Shown here piece by piece: positions 1 through 12,500 of a stretch of DNA of 64,000 nucleotides. Made by a program: the position numbers and the translations under genes. The notes beneath the pieces were generated by a model. The model saw nothing but the letters and a program-made list of their open reading frames with translations. It ran no database searches and was not told the DNA's origin. Location of the stretch: NCBI GenBank assembly GCA_038496445.1, contig JALMLS010000093.1:620001-684000 (forward strand), read 5' to 3'. The stretch comes from Trichosphaerium sp. ATCC 40318. Its lineage: Eukaryota; Protista; Tubulinea. The number at the start of each line of letters is the position of its first letter. Position 1 is the first letter of the stretch.

Positions 1-539
1 AGTTTTCTCTAGGTCTCCGGAAACGAATCTACAGCGCTGTTAGCCGCGTATTAGAGGCTTCTAGGGCTATTTTAAATAAATCAGACAAACCTTTGCGTAT
101 CAGCAAGCTTAAAAGTGTCTGTAGGTGCTATTGGCTCCGCTTTTCTACTTTAGACGTTAATGTAACAAATTTCCATAAACCACTTTTTTACCTTTCAGGT
201 GCTCCTTCGACCTTACTACCGTATAGTATCCAATTCAGAGTACCCGTGATGTAAGTTACCATAATCTGAAGGCTGTTACCCATATTTTACGTCTAACTGT
301 ATTATTCGAGTGCGAATAGCTTTGTACAAGCGCAATAGTATATTTTTAAGCGTTAACAATGAGTTTGACTTGCAATTTTCAAAAAACACAGAAAATGAAG
401 CCAAGGCTTTCTCAAAATAGCTCACAAGAAAAAACAGACACAAAAATGTTCGCTAAAACTATGTGCATAACGGTGGAGATTTACCAACAGAATCTGCACG
501 TCTTGGTTTGAGGAATAAGAAAAACAAGGAGAGAACAGA

Positions 540-3500
540 ATGGAGAAGGCGCCAGCTCCAACGGGTAGCAAGAAGAAGGGGTACGTTTAAAGCTTTAACG
601 CCCATGTTTTTTTTCAAATTCTCGAAAAATTTTTGAATCCCGTTCTCTTGCCCGCTCCACTCTCGTAGAGATATGGGTCTGTATTACTCTATTGGTATCT
701 CAGTTAAACAGACACGCGTAGTGTATATTTTTAACTTTGTATTACAGCGGGTTCAGACAGCTTGGTGGGCTCGCTCAGGATAAGTATCGCATGAATGTTA
801 GAATTAAAAAGTAAGTGAGCGAAAGGAAGCATACTTCACTCCGATTTGATCTAATAGCAAACAAAATAGGACTTCTGCGCTTATTAAAACATGTTCTATA
901 TACTTGAGCGGCGGATGGTTCGGGCTTTTGTGGGTACGGTCACGGTCTGTGTTTTTTATGATTTAGAACGTTGTTTTTACGCTCTATGTACTCTTCATTG
1001 GTGTCACTGTACCGGAACTCACAACGTTTGTATCTAGGAGATTATTATTGTTACTGCTAATCTTTTACATGCTGTTCTATTTGTTATCGATACATACCAT
1101 CCATTTAGTGAGTGTTTTGGTTTTTTTTTTTGTTTTTTTTTGTTTTTTTTTGGTTCTGTTTTTAACTTTATATTTTTTAAGCTGTCTGGGTTAGACCTTT
1201 TCAAGCTACATTCGCTGGGTTGTACATAGCAGATTATATCATTCATTTTACGACGGCTCCGGTGAAGTAAGTCTTGGTTTATTTTCTTTTAAAGCAGCTA
1301 GCTATTAAGAGTTCGTTTTAAGCAAAAAAAACCAGCGATTGTCATCTGTGTCATCAGCAATGTGTTACTTTTTTTTTTTTATCACGTGATCAATGTTCAT
1401 TTTTTTTCCACTCAAAACTCCGATACTACATGGTATCACGTGGTAATAAAGTCATAGAAACGTTACTTTCACAATTATTCTTGCTTTTCACTTTTTTTCT
1501 TAATCTCTAACTTCACACAGGACCGATTTTGTGTTCTTCGAGTTTCAGTCGTATGTGGATTATATTAGTATACCATTAATTATATACGATGTATTTGCGC
1601 CATCACGATTGAGTGTACGCCCTCACAGTGGATAAAAAAATCACCACGTGATTTCTTGTATTTCTCCTTAACACAAAATTGATATTAGGTGCCTGTAGCG
1701 TACTTTAGGGTGACTAGATTGTCGAGGTTTATGTATAAGGCAAAATACCTTCCAATTCTACGTATGTTCTTTATCTTTTCTTGTGAGAATAATACACTTA
1801 TCATGGAACTCAAGGTAATCTAAGCATAATCACTAATGCTTTGGCGTACCAGATTCTAAGATTAATATTGAAAGTCTTGCTGTTGGTGTGGATAATGGTA
1901 CTTAATTTTGTTGTGAAAGAAAAACCTTTTGTTGTCTTGATCTACAACACTACAAACAAGTGCTTTGTTGAAAAAGTGATTTATTTTGACGCCAAAAGCG
2001 GTTTTTGCTGTATGAAAGAAAAAAACAAGTAAAAAGTGAGATTAATTTATTTTGATGATAGGCTGGTGTATTTATGCAAGTTGATAATGCCAATAAGGAT
2101 AGTGGATTCGTAAGATATTTATATATTCTTGTCTACTTACAATTTTCTTTTTCATAGACTATCGATCCTGCCACAAACACCACTATTCCTAACGAGGAAG
2201 ATTTGGAATTTTTTTCAAGTTTTTATTACCTTGTTGTTACTTTCTCAACGGTCGGTTATGGTGATATCGGACCAAGGTAAGTAAAGCATTTATGAGTCGT
2301 TAATATTAAAAGAGATATATTAGATCTGCTTGGTCTCAAGCAGTTGTAATTTTGATTATCGGTATTGGGTACGTTTTTTCTTCTTTCGATTTGAAAGTCT
2401 TCTTTGGTGATGTTGTTTACATTACAATTACTATTCATTGAATGTTTTTGTTTTAACAAAGTCTAACGTTTCATGTTGTTAGTTTGACTATCATACCTGC
2501 TGAGATTGGAGCATTTGTAGATCTCATGAGCCAAACTTCAAGTACATATATTTTTTCTTTTTTTTTAACACCGTCTTAATTCTGACTGTTAAGGATACGA
2601 TGGAAGCTTTAAGAGACAAAGAAGGCAACACGTACTTGTAACTGGTCATGTCACTGACAAAAACATCGCTGAATTTCTGAGAGGTAACCAGGAAATCGAA
2701 AAAAACTACTTTTGTTGTGTTGTTGTAAAGGTTTTAATTGTTGTACTCATTATTGTAGAATTTTATCATAAAGATCATGGCGAGCCAGGTGTTAGAACAG
2801 TACGTCTTTATTATTGCTTGTAGGAAAACTTGACTAAGCACATAATAGGTTATTCTAGCTCCAGAGGAGCCAAACAGGGACTTAGTTCAATTGATGGAAA
2901 AACCAGAATATACTCATCTTGTACGCTCCATTTTTTTGCTTTGTGTACCCCTTTATAACTTTATGTGACCAGGTAAGCTATGTAAAAGGTACAGCTATAT
3001 CCCATGAAGATTTGGATCGCTGTAAAGCTGGTGTGGGTACGGCAAAAAACAGTTAGCAAGAAACTTTTTTATGTTACTGATTCTGTTTTTTTTTAGCACT
3101 TTCCTGCTTTTTAATGGTTGATCCGTTTGCGCTCTTCTCTGAAGACGTACAAAAAGCTGATGCAGGTATGTGTCATGTAGTGGGGTTTTAAAGTAGTGTA
3201 CTAATATACACCCTTAGAGATTGTTATGAAGGCGATTTCTGTTAAGAGATATATTAATGCTAGAGATGGTGATGGTGAGGTCATTACTATGTTGCTTAAA
3301 GACGACTACATTGTGCGATGACCACTGAAATGTTTACTGAGTACTGATTGTATTACCTAGCCTCATTTGGTCCGTGCTGGTATACGAGTTGTAGGATCTG
3401 TAGAAGGACTCAAGATGGTTTGTTTTTTGTTTGTCTTGGTTAGTTCCTAAATGTTTTTTCTTTCAGGGTCTGATTGGTTACTCTTGTGCTGTTCCTGGAA

Positions 3501-6026
3501 TGTCTACACTAATTGCCAATCTTGTTGTTACGGGATCTGCTGATGAGAACATTGCAGATGGAGCACCTTCGTGGATGAGAGAGTACCGTACGTTGAAGTA
3601 GCCTTATTTTAATACAAAGTCATAAGCTCATTACCTTCATGTAGTTCATTGTCGTGGTCAAGAATTCTATTCTGCTGACGTCCCTGCTCATTTTGCTGAT
3701 CATTCATTTGCTGATGCTGCTATTGCCGCATACAATCAGCATGGCATTATCCTTTTTGGAGGTACTTATTTTGAAAAGTTTGGTTTTATAATCACATGGT
3801 ATTTAATTTTGCTTTTTAATAGTCGTCTACACGTTTCAAGATGGAGGATCAGACTCTTCAAAGATTATCTTGAATCCTGGAAAGAGATACCACTTTGTTG
3901 TACGTGTTTTTGAACATGATACGGACTTGCCTGAGAGAGTGAACTAATTACAATAGGGCGGAGAACAATGTTTCCTTATTTCTGATGAAAAACCATGTAC
4001 GTAATTGAGTTGCTCTGCTTTTTAACTAAATATTTTCAAAGCTGAAGAAGTGATGGCGAGTATTGATCTTGCCACTTCCGAAGGAGACACCAAACAAGTG
4101 AGTTTTTGTCAAACCAACAATGTTGTTTTTTTTGCAACTTGTGCAAAAATTCGCTTTTAATCTACGAGAGGAATTTGTTGACCAGGTGGTAGGTCCCTTT
4201 GGCACAAGAAAAACCTGCAGAGATAACAAAAGAAGAAGTTAAAGAAGAGACAGGTATCGCTGAAGATGAAGAAAAAGAAGCACAAGAAGTAGAGAAAGAA
4301 CTTGTAAGTTGTTATTTTTTTTTGTTTCCTTCGCTAATTGTTTGCATTAAAGCTTGTCGAACGTGCACCTGAAGTACTTGATAAAGCGCATGACTTTGCT
4401 AAGATGAATCTACAAGATATCCCATATGGTGTGAAGAAGACAGAAGAGTACAAGACCTACCTTGATAAGTCTCTTAAATCCTTGCTGAAGTGCGTTTTTT
4501 TGGTTGTTTTCTGAGATATTACCTCAGCTTCTGACGTGTTTTTTTCTACTAGATGGCAAGTCGGTGATAAAGGTCATGTCATTATCGCTAATTCTTGCGT
4601 TGGTTTACAACATATGCTTAGGTAAGCAATTGTTCAGTGTTCTTATTTTTTTCTTATCATTTGTTAGAGCTATTCGTGCTAGTGACCCAGATGTACGTTA
4701 GAAAAATTCTTTCTAAATTTACGCCTAAAGAGGGTGTACTACACTAACGTCATTCCTCACACATTCAAAATGAAACATACAGCATTAAAAGAGTTTTCGT
4801 CATGACAAAGAAAAAGTTTGTTGAATATTATGTTTAGGTTACTGTTGTTATCGTTCATGACGAGATGCCTAATGGTACTTTTAGTAAATATGCGGTTCGT
4901 CTAACATGTTAAATTAGAACGTTTCTGGGATACCCACGAGGACTTGAAGAATGTTTACTTTGTTCTTGTACGACACTTAAACAAGAACTTTTATTACAAT
5001 CATTTTTCTTACTTCGCTATCAAAAGGGAAGCGTATTGGACAGCAATGACAGGATACGCTGCAGGTAAATATACTCCACGTATTTATTTTATACTAAATA
5101 TTCTATCATAGATTCGAACAAGCTATACGTATTGTTGTTTTATCTGATGGTTGTAACGATAGTTTCGGAGAAAATGAAAGGTGCCACATACTCATTTTTT
5201 TCCTATTCAGCGTGTTAACATTTTCGTAGCTCCTTGAAGGATTGGAACGAAATTTTATCTTACATTGAGGTCGAACATGCTTCTCAATTGGTTGGACCTA
5301 ACCTATTCAGCATCACTGAAATCTGTACGTAACAACATCTAAATTTCTATCAAGTTTCAACATTCATTATGTTTTTAGCTTCTGAGAGCAATGTTATGTA
5401 CTTTGGTACTCCTCGTGTAATGGACCATGAAGTTGACTTGTACGTTTTAATTTAACGTGTCAAAAACAAAATACTAACACGTGATTTTTTTTATAGTTAC
5501 AATGCACAACCGTTCGCTTCTGGAAATGTTTTCTGTGTTTCTGTACTAGATAATCTAATCTTCCAAGAATTCTACAAACCTTACATTTCTGAACTTGTCA
5601 GAAGTCTATTATCTGATCGTACTTACTCTGTCATCCGTCTCTTAACGCTCCCTGACGGCTTCGAGGTTCGTGATAAACACTAATTTTTGTATCGAAGATG
5701 TTTTGTTGTTGTATTTGCTTGAAAAGCAATTGATGATTTTCCGTCTAGGGTAAGAGATTTGGAGAGCTTCTTGAGTTCTTCATGAAGTCAGAAATATCAG
5801 CTTTACCTATTGCTTTGTATCGTGGTATTGCTCGCTATGGTGAAGAAAGGTACGACTATCCAGTAAATATGAAGTTGTCAATTATTGTTCTGATTTTTTG
5901 CGTTTTAGAGTACCTGGTGAAGAATGGACACCTTTCCCTTTGATCAATCCTGATCGTTCTATTGTACTTCATAAGAACGATAAGGTTATTGCATGTGTTC
6001 CAAAATCCGTTGTAGCACCAATATAA
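540..6026 (+). CDS. Slo/BK-family potassium channel (voltage-sensor helices, pore, two RCK domains), multi-exon
   Basis: Spliced exons give S1-S4-like helices (YVDYISIP; YFRVTRLSRF), the pore motif YYLVVTFSTVGYGDIGP (~2225-2277), RCK1 HVLVTGHV...FLREFYH...YVKGT, RCK2 QPFASGNVF and C-terminal LINPDRSIVLHKNDKV, with TAA at 6024-6026. The start codon at 540 (MEKAPAP) is tentative. Confidence 0.9.
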
Positions 6027-6734
6027 ACAATCAAGAATACTAGCAAATAAAGATACAAAAAAGCATTCCAAAAATATGACTTTGTTTTATTTGCTTACTT
6101 TTTATTCAAACCTATGCTCGGCTATACAAGGAACAAATGTAAATTCGTTAACGCTAATATGAATGAGCTAAAGTACTGTACACACGCGAAATTTCAGGGA
6201 ATTGTCAATCAAAATAAGATTACATTTATATAACTTGTTGCCTTTCTAAACGACGTAGAACTTGATTCATCTTATGGCGTAAGTAGATTCGAAGGATAAG
6301 CGTTTACGTAACTATGGACAACATGGATTTGGCAAGACAATTACGGGTTCCATCGCGTACAACCATTACCAAATGGCGTGTTCAAACTTAACAGCTAGCT
6401 GGCTCCTTCGGGTAGAGTGTAAGGAAATTAAAGTTAACAATTTAATACGCTACAAGACTTAAGAGTGCCAGAGCGAATAATATAGTTTTTGTTTGCATGA
6501 GTGGCCTTCCTGTGAGTTTGTTCTTAACCAAAAAAGGGATTGCTTCTGCTAACTGATTAATGGCGATTTATAATTGTGGATGTCAGCAGAAACACGTGAT
6601 ATTCGGAGGAAAAAACAGGCGAAAAGGAGAAAATGGACCGCACGTGGCGATATTGATCATACTTTGTGGCGCCGTTACAGTCTTCTTGGATACCGAAATA
6701 CCACTTTTAAATAATCCTACTTTTTGAGCAGCCC

Positions 6735-6935
6735 ATGGCCATTTAACAATGCCTTCATCTGTATCAGATGTATCGTTGATGTCTAGGAAGATCTTGAATA
6801 CCTTCATCTGTTACTGCAGTGCGACAAAGGGTTATGGAATGAACACCTGAGAGTACATTGACATCTGTTATTTGACTACAGCCATAAAGCTCAATTGTAT
6901 GAACACCTGCAAGCACTTTGACATCTGTTATTGTA
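6735..6935 (-). pseudogene. Relic of a short-period (~20 aa) leucine-rich-repeat gene
   Basis: Minus strand reads ITDVKVLAGVHTIELYGCSQ-ITDVNVLSGVHSITLCRTA-VTDEGIQDL, then a stop. Visible as a 60-bp-period direct repeat (ATGAACACCTG...TTGACATCTGTTATT at ~6839 and ~6899). No start found. Confidence 0.7.
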
Positions 6936-7188
6936 GAAGTGAATGTACTCGCTTCTTAGTGTCTACACGACATCTCGATTTTCTTTTTAGCATTTTCCGA
7001 AAACCTTCCTAAAAAATCGACTCTAATAAACAATTCTGTAGTACAAAAGAGTGCATGTAGGAAGTCTAATTTCAAATAAACCACATTTGTATTCTTTTAC
7101 AACAATCCTATGGATTTGTGGTTTGTACATATGTACTCGATTAATGTAATTCTAAACCCAAAAGTAGGAGCTAGCGCTCTGCTTCTTG

Positions 7189-7877
7189 TTAACAAAAAAG
7201 CGTGTTCTCTGTTAGTAACATACAATCTGCTATCCATCCGTTATATCCCGCTCTCTTTGAGTTTGACATAGATACAATGACATCGTTGACACAGTGACAT
7301 GTAACAGTTAATTGGCCACTATAATCCCAACGTTTTTGCTCTCCTTCTCTCTTATCATACACCCAATTTGATAGAACTCTTAATTGGCCATTATCATACC
7401 ACTTCTTTGCTTCTCCTTCTTGTTTACCATTGAAAATATAAAATACCTCTTCTAGTTGACCATTACTATGCCATCTCTTACACTTTCCTTCAATTATATT
7501 ATCTACAAAATAACACAACTCTTTCAATTGGCCACTTTCATACCACGTCTTTGACTCTCCATTATACTTACCATGTGCCCAAAATACTTGAGCTGCAATT
7601 TTATATGATACTCTGTAATATGTATTCCATTTACCATGCTTTCTTAGTCCGTTGTCAAACCTTCCTGAGGTTCTAGCTGTGTATTTCGAAAGCAATGGCC
7701 ATTTTATATAAGCCTCAATGTCTGTATCAGCAATATAAAGATGTAACTCGATTGGAAGTTCTAGAAGGTACGTTGTGCATTGCGTTATGGGTAGGGAAGC
7801 TAACTATTTCAGATATTATTAACGATGGAGGCATATTGGACTTTTAAGAGTAGTACCTTGAGTTTTGTTGCCATCAT
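7189..7877 (-). CDS. F-box-like plus MORN-variant (YwqK-like) repeat protein, one 5' intron
   Basis: ATG at 7877: MMATKLK, GT-AG intron, then ...YLLELPIELHLYIADTDIEAYIKW (F-box-like) in frame with ORF 7189-7695, which carries repeats GESKTWYESGQLKE, GKCKRWHSNGQLEE, GEAKKWYDNGQLRV. Confidence 0.75.
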
Positions 7878-8124
7878 AGGTTCGGAAGTGTTGAAAAAAA
7901 TTTGCTTCTTTGAAAATTAGTGGTTTATTGTGTAAAATCACGTGAACACAAAATCGGCGGAAAATATTCATGAACCCTTGTATCTCGAACTTCCTCGCAG
8001 CTAATGTTGCTCACGTCGTTCCTTTTACTTAAACATGTTGCCTGTAATAAACAGATTTAACTTCTTACAATGGTGGTACTTGTATTACACTTCAACAACA
8101 AAACTGAAGTAAAGATTGTAGGTT

Positions 8125-8877
8125 TTTATTCTCAAACGGTAAATCTGGGTACACAAATTTAGGTACTGAAGATTGTTCCTTTGTAATCTGAACAGTTGGT
8201 TCTATCCACTCTGGGTGATCTTTGAACAATTTCTTATCGCCATGTTAGAGCCTGTTGCTTCGTTGTTGTTGATATCTGCCCAATCATATGGGTTTAGCAA
8301 AAGGAACAGCAGCGTATATATCATAGATGCGACCAACTGGTACAGCTTGTAGTTGTGCAGTAAGAATAACACCAGGATTGCTATCAGGGAAAGCTGTGTG
8401 TACGCTTTTGGCGGGTGGAAGATCAATGTGTAAGGATAATTGGATTGTGAAACCGCAGCTCTGTTCTGGGTGTGGCGAGCCAACGTGTTCAGTCAAGCTA
8501 ATCCACTTTGTGGCCTCCCGAATTTAGCTAGTAGTTTAATTGCTATAGATGCCTCAGTTCCAAACGTTGGCACGTGACTTGTCAGGTCGTGTTTGAAAGA
8601 TAACGAATACCTTGGAAGTTTGTTAGTTTACGTAGTTATAGGTCTAGAACGTTGTTCACATACATAGCCATTGGTTTACGGAATCTTGGGCATCGACGAA
8701 GACCTTCAAGCTTAGGCCAGGTGGAAAATTGCCAGTTGCAGGTTGGGTAGCAGTTGAGAACCGACAGTATATTATCAGCGCCGCTGAACGGATTATCTTC
8801 AGTACTACGCCGTCATGGCCAAAAGCTGATACAGAGGCAATAATCAAAGCTAAAATGGCTAAGGACGTGATGCGCAT
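8125..8877 (-). pseudogene. Degraded secreted protein gene, possibly catalase-related fold
   Basis: Signal peptide MRITSLAILALIIASVSA. Coherent fragments (RFSTATQP..FPPGLSLKVFVDAQDSVN; YPYTLIFHP; QLQAVPVGRIYDIYA; HGDKKLFKDHPEW) are spread over all three frames with internal stops. Confidence 0.5.
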
Positions 8878-8943
8878 GTAGTAGACAGAGCTTTTTTGGA
8901 AAGAATCACGTGTGCTAAAAGACAATCATGTTTTTTATTCTGT

Positions 8944-9366
8944 TTAAAGATTCGAAAAGAACATGTCACAATGTTTAAACTTTACTTTGCTTCCAACTTG
9001 TTCAATCTTTGCTACTGCATAGTTGTTGTTAGTAAATTTGCCATCAACATACTTGTATACTGTCATTCTTGCTGTCATAGACTTCTCACAAAAATCAAAA
9101 TCAGTAAGAATAAACTGACCAGTGATAAACTCTTTTCTAGCTGCATCGTCGACAGAAGCAAGCCATTGATCAAGAGATGAAAAGTCAACTCTTGAAGAAC
9201 CTTCAAGCGTCATAGAAAATGAGTGTTCCTTGGTGTACAGATTGTTGAGTTCTTTAAAGACGTCATCAAAGGAAATATCCGTTGACAGCTTCTTGAAGTA
9301 GTCTCTTACTTTTAAGTATACTTTTTCACGAAGTGTTGTGGGTGCAGGAGTATGAGCAGTTGTCAT
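8944..9366 (-). CDS. Intronless 140-aa protein, probable NTF2/SnoaL-like fold
   Basis: Clean ATG-to-stop ORF; N-terminal helices followed by alternating beta-strand pattern (MTARMTVYKY, YAVAKIEQV, VKFKHCDMF). Confidence 0.6.
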   Translation of the reverse strand: MTTAHTPAPTTLREKVYLKVRDYFKKLSTDISFDDVFKELNNLYTKEHSFSMTLEGSSRVDFSSLDQWLASVDDAARKEFITGQFILTDFDFCEKSMTARMTVYKYVDGKFTNNNYAVAKIEQVGSKVKFKHCDMFFSNL

Positions 9367-9552
9367 GGCGATATTGTTATGTTTTTGGTGTGCCTCTTAA
9401 AATAAAAAGTATGAATTTTCTGTCGCGTGGCATACACCATTGTTGGTAAATAGTGGTCCATTCTGAAGTTTTATTCAGGTAAAAATCAACAGTGGACAAC
9501 CGACTACGCTACGATACTATTTATTTGGTCTTACTTAACTCACATTTCTCTT

Positions 9553-12500
9553 TTACCTCATAACATATCTTCTACGAACTCTAGCTTTTTTATGCTTACG
9601 AGAAAACTCCTTTGCGAGAATAGTTTGTGGATGGTCTTTGCCCAGAACCTTTTTCCTAAAAAATTATACTTAGTAACCAGTACACAATACAATCTTTGGC
9701 TCGCTTACCTTATTTTTGCTGCCGCTTTAAAACTATTGACAGCACCTTCTTTTTGATCAAGTGCTACTAGTGCAACACCACCATTGATTAAATCATCAGC
9801 AACATTCGGATGATTTTGTCCGTATACCTGCAACAACAATAAAAACGATTGAGCTTGTTTTGGTTTTCCATACCGCAATATCAATGTCTAGCGCTTTTTG
9901 GTGCATCTCCATAGCTTTTTCTGCGATTTCTTCGTTCTTTTCAATCTTGTACATCTCTGCAACAATGCAGTTAGAATATCATATGCGCACATCTGTGTTG
10001 AACCGTGTAAAGGTTTAGTACATACCAACGTTAAGAGTTGCGAGGTTTGAATATAAACTGGCTGTTCTTGGATGCATTTTTCCTTGCTTTGCTATGCGAA
10101 TCTTCAAAGCACGTTCATACATTTCTTTCGCTTCTTCGAACTTGCTCTCACCCATACTAAATAGAATGTTAAAAGTGGATTTAAATACTTATTAATGTAC
10201 ATGACGTATATTTGAGCCATATTGTTCAAAATATCTGCTATTGATCGGTGTACTTTTCCATGAAGCTTTTCGCTGATTTTAAGTGCTTCACGGTACAGAG
10301 GTATAGCATCCCATGGCCTTTTGCAATTTTGATGGTATACTGCGATATTGTTCAAGCTATTTACGACAAGTTGGTGGTTGAGACCAAGTACACGTTTTCG
10401 AATAAGAAGAGCTCTAAAGGGATAAAAGTTACAAACAGCATACTTGCATACAGAACGTATAGTACCTATTATACAGTTTTCCAGCTTCTTCAGACTCTTC
10501 TCCTTCTAGTTTTTCTAGTGTCCTCGCTAGACAGTTAATAGCGTAAGATAGACTAACTGTGTTGCCAAAGTTGACTTTCTGTCCAATGTATATAGCTTCT
10601 TTGAGTACATTCTTTGCAGTCTATGTTTCTTAGAAGAAAACAAATATACGAAAAAAATGAGAAAAACAATCACGTGATTACTTTGTAAAGAAAGAATATT
10701 GCTTACGTTGTATTGTCCCATCTGGAAGAACATTTCTCCTATCTTATAGTAACGCAATGAAACTTCTGCCTTGTCTTCCATTAAACTGAAAGAATCAAAA
10801 CATTGCTCTAAAAATATCATTATTTAAAGCTGTTTTTTGGATTGTATCCAAAGTTTATCCACAGATTTTCTAATATTATGACGTACTCTGATACAGTTGG
10901 AGTGCGTTGTCAATTTTTCCAGATTGCAGCCATAACTTAAATAACACATGGGATGTTCTGTTGTTGTAGTAAAAGTCAAATACAGGCCATGAAGAAAGGC
11001 ATTCAGCAAGCTTATCAAAGAGACCAAGATTCAAATACAAAAACGGTAGCTCTTCTGCAACACGTTGCTCAGTGTTATCCTGTGACTATATCTAGCGTTA
11101 GAAACATACATATCATTTAATGAAGTTATTCATACCTCAAAGAAGTCCACAAGACGCTTCCAGTACTTTGTTCTTTGTTCGTTTGTACTTAAGTATGTTT
11201 CTTCAACAGCAACTTTGAAGCACTTGTGATAGAATGCTACATAGTTTGTAGTGCTTCCAGGGTGCAAAAAGCGTTGGACAGACTTAACAAAGCATTTAGA
11301 TAAAAATAAAACAAAAAATATGGCGTACTCTGTAAAGTGGTAACCAGATTGCTGATGGGAGAAATCTATCATCGTGTCGTTGACCAAGAATAGTTCTGAT
11401 TTCGGTTTCCAATAAACCATTTTTTGAGCAACTTATGAGACACAGGAAGTCCATTAGCATATTGTTCTCAAACTCTTTTCCTGAGTTATTCAAGAACCAA
11501 TCTAATAGTAGTAAAGCATGCTCTGGTGTATCTTCAGGTGAAGGAATAGACTCAATGAGCTCTGTAAGCTTTTCGAAAACACCAAAAGTTCGAAGTTCTT
11601 CACAAATGACACTGAGGCACAAAGGATTTGATGTAACGCTCTTTGACAATAAGCTTGATAACTAAACAAAGAATTAACGGCACTGGATAGAGTGTTGCTT
11701 AGTGATTTACCTGATTGGAGTCTAGTGTCTTATTATATTCACCTAGAGTAGACTCTATTATTTCTTGGCAGACTTTGCTCTTCAATGGTTTTAATACAAT
11801 TTGAGTTGTGAAATCTTGTGAGTCTGGCGAAGTGATAACAACTGCGATATTTCTTTGTAATGATTCTGTTGGCAAGAACCAAAGAGTATCACGATTATTC
11901 ACTTTCTCAATTTGTTCAACTTGGTCTAGAAGAGGAAAGAAGAGTCAGCTCAAAAAAAATTAGATGGATATAAAAATAATTTACCAATTACTACGACGTA
12001 AGTGTGTTTCTTTGACTTTGATAAACGTGCTAGTAGCGTATTATGTAGCTCATCAATAGTCATATCGTCTAATATGGATTTGTAGGCACCAAAAAAAGCG
12101 CATAAACGTGAGAGCAAGTTACGAATAGATCGAGATTGTTCAGTCTAAGCTAATTTAGTATGACCCAAAAACTGAGAGGCTGACATACAGCACCAACAAA
12201 ATGCTTAAACACTTTAGAACTAATATTAGTCTCGCATTCTCTAATGAATCCCATCACAAAGGTTGTCTTGCCAACACCATCTGGTCCATTAATTTCAACC
12301 AACTAAAACGAAGTAAACTCAAACATCACATGGTGTAGAGATGTCTTACATTTTTTCCGGTTTCAAGTGCTTCAATTAGCTTATTCAATGGTTTATCACG
12401 ACCATAAATACATTCAGGACACCTTTGATCAATAAAAAGAGAGTGTGCTTCTGATTCTGTTTGATATTTATCAACGGTAGCTGTTATTAAAGGATATTGG

